64,000 nt of DNA. It comes from Bugula neritina. Lineage: Eukaryota > Animalia > Bryozoa. The position numbers and the translations under genes were made by a program. Location: positions 4,617,751 through 4,681,750 of the forward strand of contig OZ037773.1 in NCBI GenBank assembly GCA_964035545.1. Reading direction: 5' to 3'. Position 1 is the stretch's first letter. Every line of letters begins with the position of its first letter. The notes beneath the pieces are model-generated. The model saw only the letters and a list, made by a program, of their open reading frames with translations, ran no database searches and had not been told where the DNA came from. This document shows, in pieces, positions 27,831-43,100 of the stretch.

Positions 27831-28996
27831 TTATCCAATTGGAAAATACCCTCTTCTGCTGCATGTACACTTGCTGCCATTGCATACACCCCTGGTGAAG
27901 AATTTTGAAATGCAAACAGGCTTGCAAAACAATCTACATGTAGTAGTGGCCTTCTCACCTTCTGCTACTGCAGCTGTAAGAAGAAATACAAATAGTTTAA
28001 CTAATAGCTGTGCTGATATAGTAACCTAGACTGTCTGTCTTTAAATGCTCTGATTAGAAGAGGTATAACATACTATATAACCATATTATTATATTCCTGG
28101 ATAAATTGGTGAACCTGATAACAATACACAAACTACATTGGATCTTTATAGCTATAAGTCATACTACTATATATATCTGTTAATGTATATAAATATTCTA
28201 TTCAGTTGAGCCATTGACAGATCAATATAAATATTAAACCTAATCGTAACTGATTTAATTATGAACAAAAACTTATGTAACTATACAATTGAAGACCTCA
28301 AAGGAAAAATGGCATATGTCCAATTTTGCGAATTTTCACAAATTGAAAATTAAAATTTGGAAACTTGCAACTGCTATCGATATGAATCAATTCTAACCAA
28401 ATTTGATATTATGGTTTTTGAACATGTTTCAAACAACTATAGACAAAAAGAAATTTGACCAAGTTTACATAAAATACACAATTTGCTAGTCTAAAAATAT
28501 TTCACATGCGCACCGTCATTGGTCAATTGTTATCACATGACTGGACATAAGTTATTTTTCTTTTGTGATGACTGGACATAGGTTATTTTTCTTTTGTGAT
28601 GACTGGACATAGGTCTTTGTTGCTTTGGGGTGGGTTTCAAATCCAGCCTTAAAACCATGGACAAAATTTGTTTTTCTCTTTGATAATTTTATGACTAAAA
28701 CTTTAATACTTGAGCTATCCAAGGGAAGAAAAATCTCATTTTTTTTTAAAATGGACAAATGTCGTTTTTCTTTTGAGGTCTTCAATTATTATTTGAGAAA
28801 ACAAGGTATAATTACTAAAAATCATTAAAACGTTCGCAAAGTTCTTTATAATAACGCAACATGCACTATATTACAGAATTTTGAAGTTGATCATAATCCA
28901 AATAAAAAATAATGTTTTTATCTCACAGGAAAACTTTAACTTACCCATTTGGCTGATGAGTATCATAGCAATCACAATTACAGCAACAAGCCTCAT
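27831..28996 (-). CDS. Secreted 6-Cys defensin-like peptide (paralogue of gene 1)
   Basis: Exons 28996-28945 + 27973-27831: MRLVAVIVIAMILISQMAAVAEG|EKATTTCRLFCKPVCISKFFTRGVCNGSKCTCSRRGYFPIG*. Cys spacing is the same as in gene 1. Confidence 0.85.
28291..28783. mobile_element. MITE with ~35-bp TIRs and internal 31-bp tandem repeat
   Basis: GAAGACCTCAAAGGAAAAATGGCATATGTCCA / TGGACAAATGTCGTTTTTCTTTTGAGGTCTTC, with AATT on both sides (possible AWWT TSD, Sola1-like). Three GACTGGACATA units at 28539-28611. Confidence 0.7.
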
Positions 28997-31900
28997 TTTA
29001 ATTCAGTTATTTCTGTAAATTTATAAATGAATAATAATTATTGAGATGTTGATTTGTGCATGCTTTCAAGTAAAATACCAAATATATGTTATACCAAATA
29101 AGAGAACATTTATTAAACCTATTAGGAAAAAAAAACCTTTTAAAATCAAAATGTTTGTGTTCATATAAAAATCAAAATCAAACCTTAACATTTTTGTGGT
29201 CAGGATTGCAGTAGCTCTTACATGAAAAATATAGGTTTATTGCAATTTCCAAATTTAGATTGAATACTACCATGTTTTAATTATTATTGTTTTTATTCAG
29301 TTGTTTCAGCTTTTCACAATATCATATGTCCCAATACATAGTAAAAAATAGTTACTGCTATTTATATCCTAAAAAACATTATAATATAACATATACAGTT
29401 ATTAGAAATGAGCATGTGAATGTGTAAAGTACAAAAAGCAAGTGGAGTACGCAGGTAACATATTTATAAATTTTCTCACCTGTAGTTACTCTCCACTGTT
29501 AACACCTGTCAGAATCTTCAACTAGAACATTAACTGAACCATTTATATATCACTTTTCTCTTAGACAACCAGTTCTCTTTGCATGTAGCATCCAGCCTAT
29601 TGGTTAGCAGTTGCCAGCTTGACACTAATTCTTGATTATTATTACACATTATACTCTACTATACACCTACAGATATGAATTCTATTGTTTTCTTACTATG
29701 TTGGTATCTTGAGATATTATAACAAATTAAATACTAACTTTACGTTGATTGTGACTTTTCATTCATGCATGGGTTAACAAAAGTTTCTTACAAAGATGTT
29801 TATTGAAAAAAACCTTGGTGAAAAACTGATTCTACATATATATTATGTTTAAAAGAAATAATGACTATATATAATTATGTTTCACAAACTTTTCTTTAAA
29901 TCAATACCAAGTTGAGTAATGAAGAATTTTAAATTTTAAATAAACATTGCAAAAATTTATATCTGTATTATATTATCTAAAATGACAAACAAACTTTTAA
30001 ATTTAATCTATAGGCTAATTTTAAACTTTTATAAATATTTTATCAGCTGCGTGTGTGTGATATTTACAAACATTCTGAACAAAATACTTAACTAAATCTT
30101 ATGCATTAAAATGAAAGTTACATCAGACCTTTTTCACCTATTTGAATTGATGAGGAATCTGAAATAATTTATCTTTTTGCAATCTATTCACTTCTTGACG
30201 ATGTATATAATGTATGTTTATTTCACATAATGTCAGCCAAATTCTAACTTAAATTGAGAAAACAAAATAAAAGTGGTTTGGTTTTGAATTAGTTTTCACA
30301 AATTTCAAAATTGGTAATTCTCAGATTGTTTTTTAAAACTGGATCATCACATATAATGTACATATATACATGTAAAGTTGTTTAACTTTTAATATGCAAA
30401 TTGTGGAATGTTGTAAAATGTTGGTTTACTCAGAAACAGCTATACCCTGTCAAAGTTTGTTTCACTGCCATCATGTAAGCTTATTATGTCATCCTATCTC
30501 ATACAGAACCCGTTCAAAAGTATTTTCAGCTGGATCTTCATAATTGATAAAAATAAAGTCGATATGTACTTCAGCAGTATAAGCGGTATTCTGCATCGTA
30601 TAAGAACATAATTTGCTGATGAACATGTTTAGAATTACTGAGCTATGTTTTGCCTTCTTTTCAACAGTCTTAGATGATCTAGCAGGGGCTTTCTATACTA
30701 TAGAACAATGATTTGCAATAATTATTGCCACAATAGAAACTATAATATTGTTGAAAATAACAGCGCCTTCATTTTGGTTCTGGTCACTCAATTGGTGTTT
30801 AGTTTTCTCAATTATATAATTTTTATTCTAAACAAAGAGTGTTTCTCACAAATAAAATACTTTCTCAATAATTTATCACAATGTCTTTTTATGATTGTGT
30901 ATATAGGAATTGATTGGCTGGAATGCAATTTTATATTAAAATAATGGAAAAGTATATAATATATATATGCTTTTCTAATTTCATTTTTATCAAGCGTATA
31001 ACAAAAAAAAAGAGTTATTTCTGTGCATGTTCTGATCATAGAAATATTAACTATTGTAGAAAGACCTATAAGACTGTTGAAAATATAAAAATTTGTTTTA
31101 GATTATGCAGCTGTAATTTTGAATGATCTTTCAGTGTTATATGGCATATATTATACACAGATTAATCAACAAACTAGTCTTTAATCAAACAGCTGCATTT
31201 CATAACTGATATTTAGTAAGGGCATTGCATGTTTACAGTAGACATCAGCTGGTCATAATAACAAGATTCTCATTATATAATACAATTATAGGAAATCTAC
31301 AACATATAATATGTATACGGATAATAACATTATTTCATCTGTGTTGATTGTAATGACTATATTATTATATGAATTAATATTGTAACTAATGCTCTGTTGC
31401 TTCCTTTCCAATCTATTTCTGAAAATAATTATCATGGAAACCTTATTATATTTTGAATATATTGTCAAAGCTTTAGAGACATACATTTAATATGCTTAAT
31501 ATTGATATAAGCTGCAAACATATTGTTACAGAACTGTTTGAATATATATATATATAATCTATCTATACCATCAAAGCAGATAGTGACATATAGTTGGCAA
31601 TGATAAACAATGAAGGTGGTCTACTTTATACGATGCATGATATATGATTTATTGTTTGAATTTTTACAAAATTACGCGGCAGTAAGCAATTCGGGTCTTT
31701 TTTACAGAACACTTTCTTAATAATGAGCATGACGAATATATAAGTGCTTTTACTCGTGGCAGCTATAATATATATAATATAATATAATATGTAATATGGC
31801 CTAAAGAGACGTATGTACTTGTTGTTTTTACCATCACCTTTTTGTTAAGAGTATAAATTAGTGAACATTGAGTATTCTTAAACTCGATTTACCAGTGAGC

Positions 31901-32659
31901 TGTATTGTAAGTTATATACCTATAAACTAAAAGGGTAATACTCATTAAATAATAACAGTCATTATGCTAAAAAATTCCTAATATATGGAATGTTGTAAAA
32001 TTTTACCATTAAAGATGTCTAAAATGGTTATTATCTTAGTAATTTATACTCAGTTTTGCAGATAATATATATGTACCTACCAATTTGAGCTATAACATGT
32101 TGATGTACTATTAATAAAATTTGTTCTTTAACTTAACAAGCAGTTATATTTGTTATTTTTAGTCATCTCATAAAGTTATTGAATGCTTTGATATAAATTA
32201 TTGTTGCTTATGTCTAAAATGAATAAATCATAGAATTATCAACATTACATACATTATGTACAGTGGCATACGATTATTAAACAAACAGAAGTGCAGGAGT
32301 TTCTAGTTTTGTTTAATTTTTAATTCTTTATTCAAACTTTAGAAAAAAAAATTTATCCTAAAATTTAAAAAAAAGACAAAGTTTGTTTGCTAAAAGAAAT
32401 TCAAAGTCACCCCAAAACCTTTCATCTGACATAAGAAATTGAGATAAATAACAAACCAGATGCATTCTATTTACACTACAAAATTTAAGTTGAAAAAACA
32501 TTAGCTACACAAAGCAAATAGGCAACGGCAAAAATAGAACATTATCTCAAACATATAAACGTAAATGTAACGAAATGGTTTTAAAGACATTAAATAAAAT
32601 GCTAAATCCATGCTCAGATGAAAGGTTAAGGCTGTTTGAAACATAATTTTTTGCTCTTC

Positions 32660-33582
32660 CTATAAAGCATCTTTTTTCCAGCATTTACATATTCCTCCAC
32701 GACTACATTTTGGCTTAGAGTAAACTTTGCCCGGGCACTGGCTCTTAGTGCAGGTCTTGCGACAAAGCCATCTGAAAAGACCAGCATCTGCTGCTGAGGC
32801 TGTAAAAAAATATAATTAGCATTCATAACTCTGTCAACAGATCTTCATGTTTATTTTCCTGGTGTTAAATGAGTCATTTCATGTTGATTGTAAGCAAGCC
32901 AGCATTTTAAAAAAAGAAACCAAAAACTATGCTTCCAAAATTTATGAAAGTTCTAATTGGGGTGCTAATTTCACGGAGTGCTATATAGTTACACCAAAAA
33001 AATATTAAAGCAAATCTCTGCACCCTGAAACGCCTTCGGCTGTTGACAAAAAAATTAAAGCATTAAATTTATTTATTGAACAAGACTGGCTATTTACTTA
33101 TCACAAATTGTAACTCTAAAATTGCTATATTTTGTATTTTGTTTAAAATATCAGAACCTGTAATGTTGCAGTTTTAGAATTATTGCAGAAGAGCTAATTA
33201 AAGTGAAGCCTTTTTTTATTCAACTAACATTCAAATCAGAATTATGTATTGATATATTTTTTGTAATTCATCAAAAAATAATGTTTAATGCAGTCTATAA
33301 GTAAAATGAAGGAATTCAAAAAGTGCTTTAAAATTAGAAATAATATGACACTATTATATATGGAAGTAATATAAACAATGATTAAATATATTATGTAAGG
33401 TTTTTAAAGCTATTATAAGATTTCAGGCTAACATAACTGTATGAAAGGGAGATAATTATCTATTAATGATATGGTTTTATAATGAGGGTTGACAAAACAG
33501 ACAATAATTTTGTTGTCTTTGGTAACTCACCCAATAAGCCGATGACTAGCATTTTAATGGCAAGTAAAACAAGAACCCTCAT
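32660..33582 (-). CDS. Secreted 6-Cys defensin-like peptide
   Basis: Exons 33582-33531 + 32799-32660: MRVLVLLAIKMLVIGLLASAADA|GLFRWLCRKTCTKSQCPGKVYSKPKCSRGGICKCWKKDAL*. Cys pattern C-x3-C-x4-C-x9-C-x5-C-x-C; TATA at ~34120. Confidence 0.85.
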
Positions 33583-34296
33583 AGTTCACTGATTTCTGTA
33601 AAAGTATAGGTATATCTTATATAAGATATGTTGATATATATTTGTATATACCTATAGAATGAAAAATATAACAAATCTCTGAATAAAAATAATTTTTATT
33701 AAAGTTTCTAAAAAAAGCATTTACCAGATCATATTTAGATGATGTCTATTTAAAATTCATACAATAAAACAATATTGCAAAAAGGTGCTTTTTCATATCA
33801 GATGATTACTATCTTTGATTGAAAAAAATGTTCTTTTCTTTCGATTTCAGGTTGTCAAATATAGATTTGCATATGTCATGGTGGAAATGATTTGTGTTTA
33901 GCATGTTTCAACTTACATAATATAATGTGGAAAGATATATTAAACATTTGCAGTTGCCTATAACATGAAATATATGAAATTAAATATATATACTCGCGTA
34001 AATTATGAAATACAAAGAATGTGATGTCTACAGTTAATATGAGTTAGCTCACTTGCAGATATTCTCTGCTTCGAAGACCTCTCAACATATAAAAGTACCT
34101 AAAACTCTAGCTAGAGCGTTTATATATCATTTTTGGTGTCTTATTATCAAGTTACGTTGAGATTACTATATGTGGCTTTCGTTGATTGGTCATAATATGC
34201 AAACTGAAGAAATATTATTGGCCAAATATTTATAGTATGTTATACCTATGATAGCTCAGATGCTCTGATTAGTAATTGTTTTTAATATACATATGT

Positions 34297-34613
34297 GTTC
34301 TGTGCTGATGAGGGGACAAATCCCAAAACAGCTGCTGTCCACAGATTGAGATATTACGCTATCATTCAATGCTCAGCAATGACATTAAATGATTGAGCAC
34401 TCTCACCATGGTCACAAACTCAAGCTGCTAGCATTTAGCAATGCTCATGACTCCTAGGTGACCCCTAGAGTCACTTGAGCACTCTGGCTTGGGTTTACAC
34501 ACCTTTTAAATATGCTTTAGTAAAACTATAAGTTTTACTATTGCGAAGGTGTGGGCCATGGTACTCTGTTCTGTGCTGATAAGGGGACAAATCCCGAAAG
34601 AGCCGCTGTCCAC
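34297..34613 (+). mobile_element. Retrozyme-like unit bounded by two hammerhead copies (period 271 bp)
   Basis: CTGATGAG at 34305 and CTGATAAG at 34576; each core carries point changes. Internal hairpins include GTGACTCCTAGG..CCTAGAGTCAC-type and TAGTAAAACT..AGTTTTACTA. Confidence 0.85.
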
Positions 34614-34874
34614 GTTTGAGTCTCATTAATATAAATAGGATATGGTAAGTGAGCTAATCCATCTATAATGCATGTCGCTCTTAGTGTCTTTGGGGAGGCA
34701 GTGTACATGCAGGTGGCGCATCATAATGAAAAGGTAGCTATGACTGATGCCTTAGTAATGTGTTATATTATGAGATCCTACTTTAAACATATGGTGTGAA
34801 TTATAGTCCTTATTATATGAACAGTATAGTGCTGAATTTATTATGCAATAAAATATGTTAAAAATTAGAACTGT

Positions 34875-35012
34875 ATATGTGTGCGGTTGTATGTGTTTGT
34901 ACATGTGTGCGTACATGTGTGCATACATGTGTGCGTACATGTGCATGTACGTGTGTGTGTGCGTGTGTGTGTGCGTGTGTGCGTGTGTGCCCGTGTGTGC
35001 GCATGTGTGTGT
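34875..35012. repeat. TG-rich micro/minisatellite
   Basis: GTACATGTGTGC-type units followed by (TG)n. Confidence 0.9.
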
Positions 35013-37117
35013 AAAACTAGAAAGATGTGCTATGAAGTATGCAGGGTACCTCATCAACTTTATTATTTCAAACACACTAGCTACCCTGGTTTAGTTTTTA
35101 TTCCTACTGCAGTACAAGAATTTGGTTAAGGTTAAATATTTATATCCCTTCTATTCATTTTCTCATACATTGCAAGTAAACAAAGTGCATTATGCTGGGA
35201 ATATGCTATTATATAGAATATTACCCAAAATCTCAAAATGCATGTAGCCGAGATGTGTGTTAGCCGTAAGGTTTACTTTTTTCGACTTGCAGATGAGACC
35301 CTCAACAAATTTCTTATTGACCAATTTGGTGACCCCATTCACCATATCTCTTTTATTCATACAATAATTGGCACCAGCATTTCCTTGCCATCTCATAATT
35401 TCTGACTTTAGTATTGTAACCAATAATAAAATAAAGTAAAAAACCTACATATCACCGAATGCGTGTGTGTGTGTGCGTGTATAACTGTGTTCATTATCAT
35501 ATATGAGATGCAGCAACTATAATATCATGCTATATAATACAAATAGGCATGTAACTATATGCAAGATTGAAAAATAGCATCTAAACAGTAAAAAAATAAA
35601 CATGGCAATCTTTAATTTAAGCTTGAAAATCACAGCAATTAATTACCAATCGATATAATGTATTATTTTTAGTTTCATGTGTATACATCTGAATAACATG
35701 ACAATAAAGTTTACTATTTATGGTATATATTTGGTAATTTCTTAAAGTTTTCTAAACCAAACATTTAAATTAATAAAACTCTCATTCTAAACTTAAAATA
35801 AGATGTGATACAATAAATTGTAAATATCCTAATAACACTATTTTATTGTGAAGGGTTTATGATTGCTTGTAATAACAGTTCTATGTCATATCAGATATTT
35901 TACCTTCAGAATTTCAAAGAGAACCAATCTGCGTCTATAAGAATAAAATTCTCTACACTATAAAAGCTGATGCATTCTCTGTATATAAAGTAGAAAGAAC
36001 TGGTGTATGCATTGGTATATTGTTTATATTCTGATATATGTCAGGTAATGCTAGGTTTGTAAGGGGTTTAGCATCTTTAAATTTGTTGATACCAAAAATG
36101 GTTTTGGCTGCTCCGTAGTTGGTTAAATGCAACATAAGTGACTATATTGATTTGAATACATTCTATAACATGTCTAAGAGAATTGCAGAAAGAATTTAGG
36201 AGTTATGTTATTCAGGGTACGTAATTTTACCTAAAGACAAAAAACAAATAGAGAGTACAACTCCTTGTAATTGATAGAAATAAATAATGCGAAAACTCCT
36301 TTATAATAATGCTGCCAATTTATGCCAGCTTATTATAATTGAATCATAGAAATTCTGAAAGCAATATATTCTGCATTGTGTCTGGTGTCTTATTGCATAT
36401 TATGCGCTTCCTGTTACATTAGAATGCCTTTTATTTATAAAACAACAATTTTAGGTAATGAAAAAAAGCTGTTTTATTGTGAAAAAAAGAAATTACAGAA
36501 AAAGTTAATCAGCAACTTGAACAAAGTTACTTTTAAAAATTGGTTTAAAAAACAAGCATTTCTTTCAGAGTTTTTTAAAGTAAAGAATGAAGGTCGTTTC
36601 CAAGTCAAAAATAGGCAGCCAAGCAAGTTAGTTAATTACCGGCTTTCCATGTACCGATCTCAGATCGATCTCGGTGAGATCGATCCATGGAAAGACGCCA
36701 AAGATCGATCTCCGTCGTTCTGAGCTGGTCGGTCTGTGGAGCTCGAACTCAGATCGATCTCATGTCAATAAGACCATGGAAAGACGCCAGATCGATCTGA
36801 GAAGTAGAAAAAGACTGCTCGCTACAATGTTGTCTGCTAATAAAAATGATAACTTGTTGATAATTACTAAGCAAAGTATTAAATAGTTATGATAGTCACC
36901 TTTTCAGATACCAAAACTTTGACTTTCAGCACAATGATTAAGAAAACTCAATTATATGCAGTAGAAGGCAAAAAAAATGCGAGAATTTAAATTGAATTTA
37001 AATGACTATTAAAACTTAGTTTCATTAGCTATTTTCTTTGTAATTTTAAGCCTAACAGTCCTGTAAGTTTATTAATAATCTGCAAGACAGCCATTAATTT
37101 TATATAAGCTGTCTATA

Positions 37118-40100
37118 TAGTGGGGGTGCCAACATGCAAAAATGGGCGGGTGGAGCACATCAATACTAACCTTTGTTGCTATATATCACTGAAAAGCCAA
37201 CATTCTACTGATCTCAGATCTGCAAGTACCTTTTTTGTATCTGGGGGGGTTCTCCCGTGAGAGGGGTGGATATACAGGGGTTCAGCATTTTTCAAGGGGG
37301 GACTATGGAACTCTAAATATTAAATTTTTTGAGTAGTTTAGGTTTGAAATTAAAAATATTTTCAAGAAAGGCTGTACACATATGAAACTTTCTCTAACAA
37401 AATTTTTGACCAAAAATAAAAAAGTGGGCGGAGCCTATAATATGACAAACTACTTTTTTGCATATACCTGATATTCTCTAAACTGCTACTTTTCTGTTCT
37501 AGCATTTAGAATGTTGATTTTTGGTATGAAAATACCCTATTGTGTTCTAATAATGTTCTCCAGTTTTCATTACATTCTGAACTATATAACTTCTTTCCCA
37601 ACCATAACAAATAAAAAAAATAAAACGGGAGTTATCTCCTCCGTTATAAATTATTGCATTTCTACCCAATAATATTGCTCTTTGTTGATAGAAACAACAT
37701 CAGCATAATAAAAATGTATTCTTAGTGTATTTATATTAGCTTATTAGCTTAGTGTATTTATGTTAGCTCATTTTGAATAGAAAATTTGAATAATTCCCCT
37801 TTCACCCAAATTTGAGATTTTTCATCTCTTGAAATTGCCTAATACCCTTGACCTTGACATCATGTAAAGGCAGCATGCTTCAGTATTCTCAGTTCAAGAA
37901 AATGTGAATCATCACATATCATGGTAAGTAAAATCTTATTTTTCTAATATAATAAAACATGTGTTTAAAGATGTCTATTTTATAATCCAACTTTTGATTT
38001 AATTTAGTCTGCTATTGGCTAAAAATACTAATGCTAAAATTCCAAGCATCTAAATTCTAATGCATACTAAAACTTTCTGCTTTGTCTTCTGTTATGCTAG
38101 CATGTATTTACAATCTATGGTGATGTAATTACAGAATTTTGCCAGTGCCAAAGAATTCCTGTACCATTACAGACCAAGCAAATGTGTTTATTGCTGTCAA
38201 GTAACTGATGAAAAAGTGGTTAAAGCCAAGAATATAAGTACAGTGCAAGCAACACTAACTGCAAATGAATTAAGTCAGGTTAGTAGTAAATATCCACCTT
38301 TTCATATTTGTTTTAGTAAACTGCAGCATAAATATTTATTATATATTTAACTTTATAATTCCTTCATATATAAGCCTGTTCATAACCACATTCTAGGTAA
38401 AAAAGAATGAAGATGAAATTGTATATCACAAATCTTGCTATACACACCGCAGAAGAAAGGTGTCAACTCCCACAGTGTCTACAGAACAAGCAGATTCAGA
38501 TCACTCATTTTCCCCAGTAAAGAAAACACGGAGTCAGCAGTATTTGTCATTTGATAATAAATTATGTGTGTTCTGTCAGTCACAAACTTGGAGAAAAGGC
38601 AACCTGGTGGCTTTCTCAACAGACAAAGCTAATTTTAAAATAGAAGAAACTATTGAACAATGCAGCAATCAAGTAATCCGAGGGAGACTGCTTAACATTG
38701 ACCTTGTTGCAGCGGAGGTAAAATATCACAAAAAGTGCTATACTAACTTCATCTATGAAGCAAAATTAAATAAATATTGCCCTTCTACCAGTGGCGGTAA
38801 GAAAAGCTGTGTTCAAGATCCAATTGAAGAAATTTTTGAAGAAATTCGAATTGAGCTAGAACAGGGTAGAGCTTTTAGTGAAGAAGAAATTATCAACAGA
38901 TATCGTGTTTTAACAGATGACAATGAAAGAAGGAGCTACAGCATCATGAGATCGTTCAAATCACAATTTAGTGACAGGGTTTCAGTAATTGATCTTGGAA
39001 AAAATGAAAAAATAATTTTGCATAGCAAATTGAAAGTTCATGATATAATCAATTCATCATATTCATCTAAGATTAAACCACCTAAACAGACTACGGAAGC
39101 AGATAGCATAAAAGAAATATCACATATAATTCGCAATGACATAATAAATGCCTGGAAACAAACAGAAACCTTCAACATATGCTTAGAGAGCTTACAGAGT
39201 GTGATCCCAAATAGTCTCAGGTTATTTCTTGATGAACTTGGAACAAAGGAGCCTGGGAAATCAGCTATTGCACATGATATCATTGCATCAGTGACAAACA
39301 AAATCACCCCTAAGCAAGTTTTATTGGGAACAGCAGTAAGACATTTAACTGGAAGCAAGCAGGTTATTGAGCAACTAAATAAACTAGGCCACAGTTGTTC
39401 ATATACGGAATTGTTGAGATTAGAAACAGCGGCAGCGGTTAATGAAATAAACTCGGCAGTTGATCGTGAAGTTGTGATTCCATCAAATATTCGACCAGCA
39501 TCACATGGCTTTATACAAGCAGCAGCAGACAATGATGATTTTTTGGAAGACACGGTTGACGGAAAGAATACAACACATGGCACCACAATGATTTTGATTC
39601 AGGAAGGTTCTATTGGAGCTGAAATGAAGACAATCATTAGAACTAGAGAAAGATCACTGAGCACTGATTCTTACAGACAGCTACAGGAAATCAAATTTAT
39701 TGAACTTAGAAAACCAAAAATCGATCCCCCAGCTTTTCGAGAATCTAGGGCAATCACAAAACTTAGTCAAGAAACATTGCTGAGTATGAAAAAGTCACTT
39801 GAGGATTCATGTAATCTAAACACAGCATGGCTATTGGCAAGACTTGCCCCAATCAAACTATTTCAATTGGATATAAATCCTTCTACACATAACTGCCCCA
39901 GCTGGAGTAGCTTTAATGTAAGAAATTTGGTTGCCACAGAAGATAATAAAAGATCAGTCATTGGGTATTGCCCAATGATTAATGCACCATCAACAGATCC
40001 ATCAACAATTTATACAATTCTTCTGCAGGTAAAGAAAACTATGGAAGTTTTAAAGCAGAAACATTCAGTAATTACATTTGACCAAGCTATCTACAAGATT

Positions 40101-43100
40101 GCCAAAGAGATTCAATGGAACAAACCAACTGAATTTTCAAACACAATAATTCGAATGGGCGGTTTTCATATCCTGATGAATTACATCGCAGCACTTGGCA
40201 CAATGGTAAAATCAAGCGGCCTCGCCCAAGTTCTTGTGCACAGTGATATATATTCTGAAGTTACAGTAAAACAGGTGCTATGTGGTAAGCATTATAACAG
40301 AGGTGTACGGGCACACAAGATTTTGTATGAGGCAATATCAAGGCAGAAACTAAAATCTCTTTCGGAATGGCTTCAAGAAAATGATCAGTTTGACCCATTA
40401 GATTCTCATAATATTTCCACTGATGATGACTTACGTGAATGGACCACTGTTGCAGATAAAGTTGCTACTGCTATAAAAAAGTTTGATTCTGATACTAAAT
40501 TAAAATCTAACCTTTCAATGTTCTGGAATTCCTACCTTCATGCAGTAGAAGCCATGTTGGGATTTATTCGAGCTGAGCGTAGTGGTAACTGGCAATTATA
40601 TTTGGACAGCATGCAGGCAATGCTACCAGTATTTTTTGCGTATGATCGTACAAACTACTCAAGGTGGCTGCCTATATACCTTATTGATATGCTAAATTTG
40701 CCTGAATCTGCTCCAGAAGTTTATGGAATGTTTGCAAAGGGTTCATTCACCGTAAACAGGACAGGAAAAAAATTTGCAGGTATGGCTCCAGATCAAGTCT
40801 TGGAGCAAACTTTAAACCGAGACAGTAAAACATCTGGAGGTATTATTGACATTAGCAACCACGAAGAAGCTCGGACAAAATGGTTCTTAACTAGTCATAT
40901 CAGAGCCCAACTGCTTTCTTTGCAAAAGGATTTTTGCCAAATAACCTCACAGCCATCAACACTACACAAGGAAGACACAATCATTACAACTATGAAGGAT
41001 GAGATTGATATACAAGCAATTCTTTTTACATTACAGCAGTTTGATGTTGAGTTGTTTAGCAATAATTCAACTGAACTTATCAATATTGCTACTGGAGTAA
41101 GTCCCGATGCGGAGACCTCCTTGTCAATAGTGACTGCTATGGCTCAGGGAGCAGAAACGGCTCAAAAGTTTATTCAAGATAGACTTGTGAATGCAATAAA
41201 ACCATTTTACGCTGCTATTCACCGGCTTAAAATCCCTTCCTTTGACTTTGTGGCTAAATCACTTCAACCGGCCATTAAACCAAAAGTTCCTAAAATATCA
41301 TTTGCTAAACTTCTCATAAGTGCCAAAAGCCGAGAAGTAGATTTGCATACAGTTCTAGAGAAAGAAATTGGTCCCATTCCTCTTGCTCTCTTTTCTGAAA
41401 ACGGACAGATGAGAAAAACATGCAAATCGCAACTAATGCATATTTTGGAACAGAAATATCTTGGAAACAGGGTCTCCAATGATGATAGTCAACTGTCCAC
41501 CAACAAATCCATCATTATTGATGGTATGTGCATACTTCACTCGACAAAAACATCAGGCACTTTTTATAACTACGCTCTGAAGATGTTGGAAATATTTCTT
41601 GAATGTGGCAAAGGATATACAAGGGTTGATGTAGTGTTTGACGTGTATTCTGAAACATCAATTAAAGCACAAGAGCGTATTAGACGGGGTGCCCAACAGA
41701 TGTGCTCTATTTCCATTATTCATGACAACGTGCCTGTTCCTAAAAACTGGAGTGCTTTTCTGAGCAATATTCACAACAAAAATGAGTTGGTAGATTACTT
41801 AGTGAAGGTGTGGAGTAGACATATTAAGAAAATTCCAGCTGGTACATTTTTAGTGTGCAGTGCCAAAGAAGTCTGTGTTCTGCAAAACAACTATCGTTAC
41901 AATTGTAACAAATTGAAATCCAATCATGATGAAGCAGACACGAGATTAATCCTTCACGCAGCTGATGCACTGAGTGATTACGATTTGGTAGTAATAAGAT
42001 CAGTAGATACCGATGTTGCTATTATTGCGCTTCACCATCTTAGTAATGTTTTAACTGAGCAGGCTAAAAAAGATGGAGTAATTTTTGTTGGAATGGGGAG
42101 TCACAGAAGATATATATCTCTTTCTGAATTGGCCAAAAACATTCCACAAAAAGTTCTCAAGAATCTGTTATCACTCCATGCACTTACAGGTTGTGACTCA
42201 GTAAGTTCTATCTTCCGAATATCTAAAAAGCGTGCTTTGGAGGTACTTGAAAAGGGAAGCTATAATCTGTCTTTAGGTTCTGATGATTGGTCCCCATTAT
42301 CAGATGAAACATACTTGGAGTGTGAACGATTTGTCTCTAACCTGTACGGCGCCTATGATGATATCACTGAAGCAAGATATAAAATATTGGCTTTAAAAAA
42401 TGTCTCCAGTGAAGCACAGCTACCACCTAGCAGGAATTCCCTAAAATATCACGTGAAACGAGCCAACTATCAAGTTACACTTTGGCAGCTTGCTTTAACA
42501 CCTATTTTACTTCATCAGCCAGTTTTTGACCATGGTTGGGATACTAACTTGACTCCAATAAAATATGATTTTGAGAGCAATGCAGATGTGATTTTAACAG
42601 CATGTAAATGCAAAAAAGCAGGCTGTAAGAGTAAAGCATGCAAATGCAAGCGCCTGATGATGAAATGCTGTGGTTTATGTGAATGTTTCGATTGCAACAA
42701 CAAAAGTGGTCAGTCTTCTTTTTCAAACGAAGAGCCTAATCATGATGATGATGGCAACAAAGACAGTTCTGATGAAGAATTATAATACATTTATTTTGGT
42801 ATATAAACGCTAGAGATAACAAAACTTTGTAATAAAGCTTGATCTATTGTAAATTTAAATTTAAATACTATCTTATTTATAAATAAATACAATTAAAAAT
42901 TTCAACCAATATCTGATATAAAAGAGCATAGTAATTGCTTATGATGCTGAAATCATAATATAACTTTTTTATGAACCATATTTTATGTTACTATACTTAT
43001 GGATAAAAAATCGAATATTAGTGGTCTGTTAATTATTGCTGACACTTAATTTATACAGTAAATATTGAATATTAATAGTATTGATTGTAAGCAATTATTC

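Noticed and set aside
28539-28611. 31-bp repeats resembling a CRISPR array
   Set aside because: Contiguous tandem repeats with no unique spacers, inside a eukaryotic MITE; no cas genes.
30430-30800. Slightly GC-richer segment with MKALLFSTIL on the minus strand, a possible further peptide gene
   Set aside because: Stop after 10 codons, no 52-nt exon or phase-1 donor, no recognisable cargo.
35190-36135. Two short minus-strand ORFs (77 and 60 aa)
   Set aside because: No motifs or splice structure that I can support; possibly decayed repeat sequence.
39038-39586. Antisense ORFs inside the transposase (also 40895-42726), P450, GPCR and NUDT14
   Set aside because: Shadow ORFs of real coding sequence on the opposite strand.
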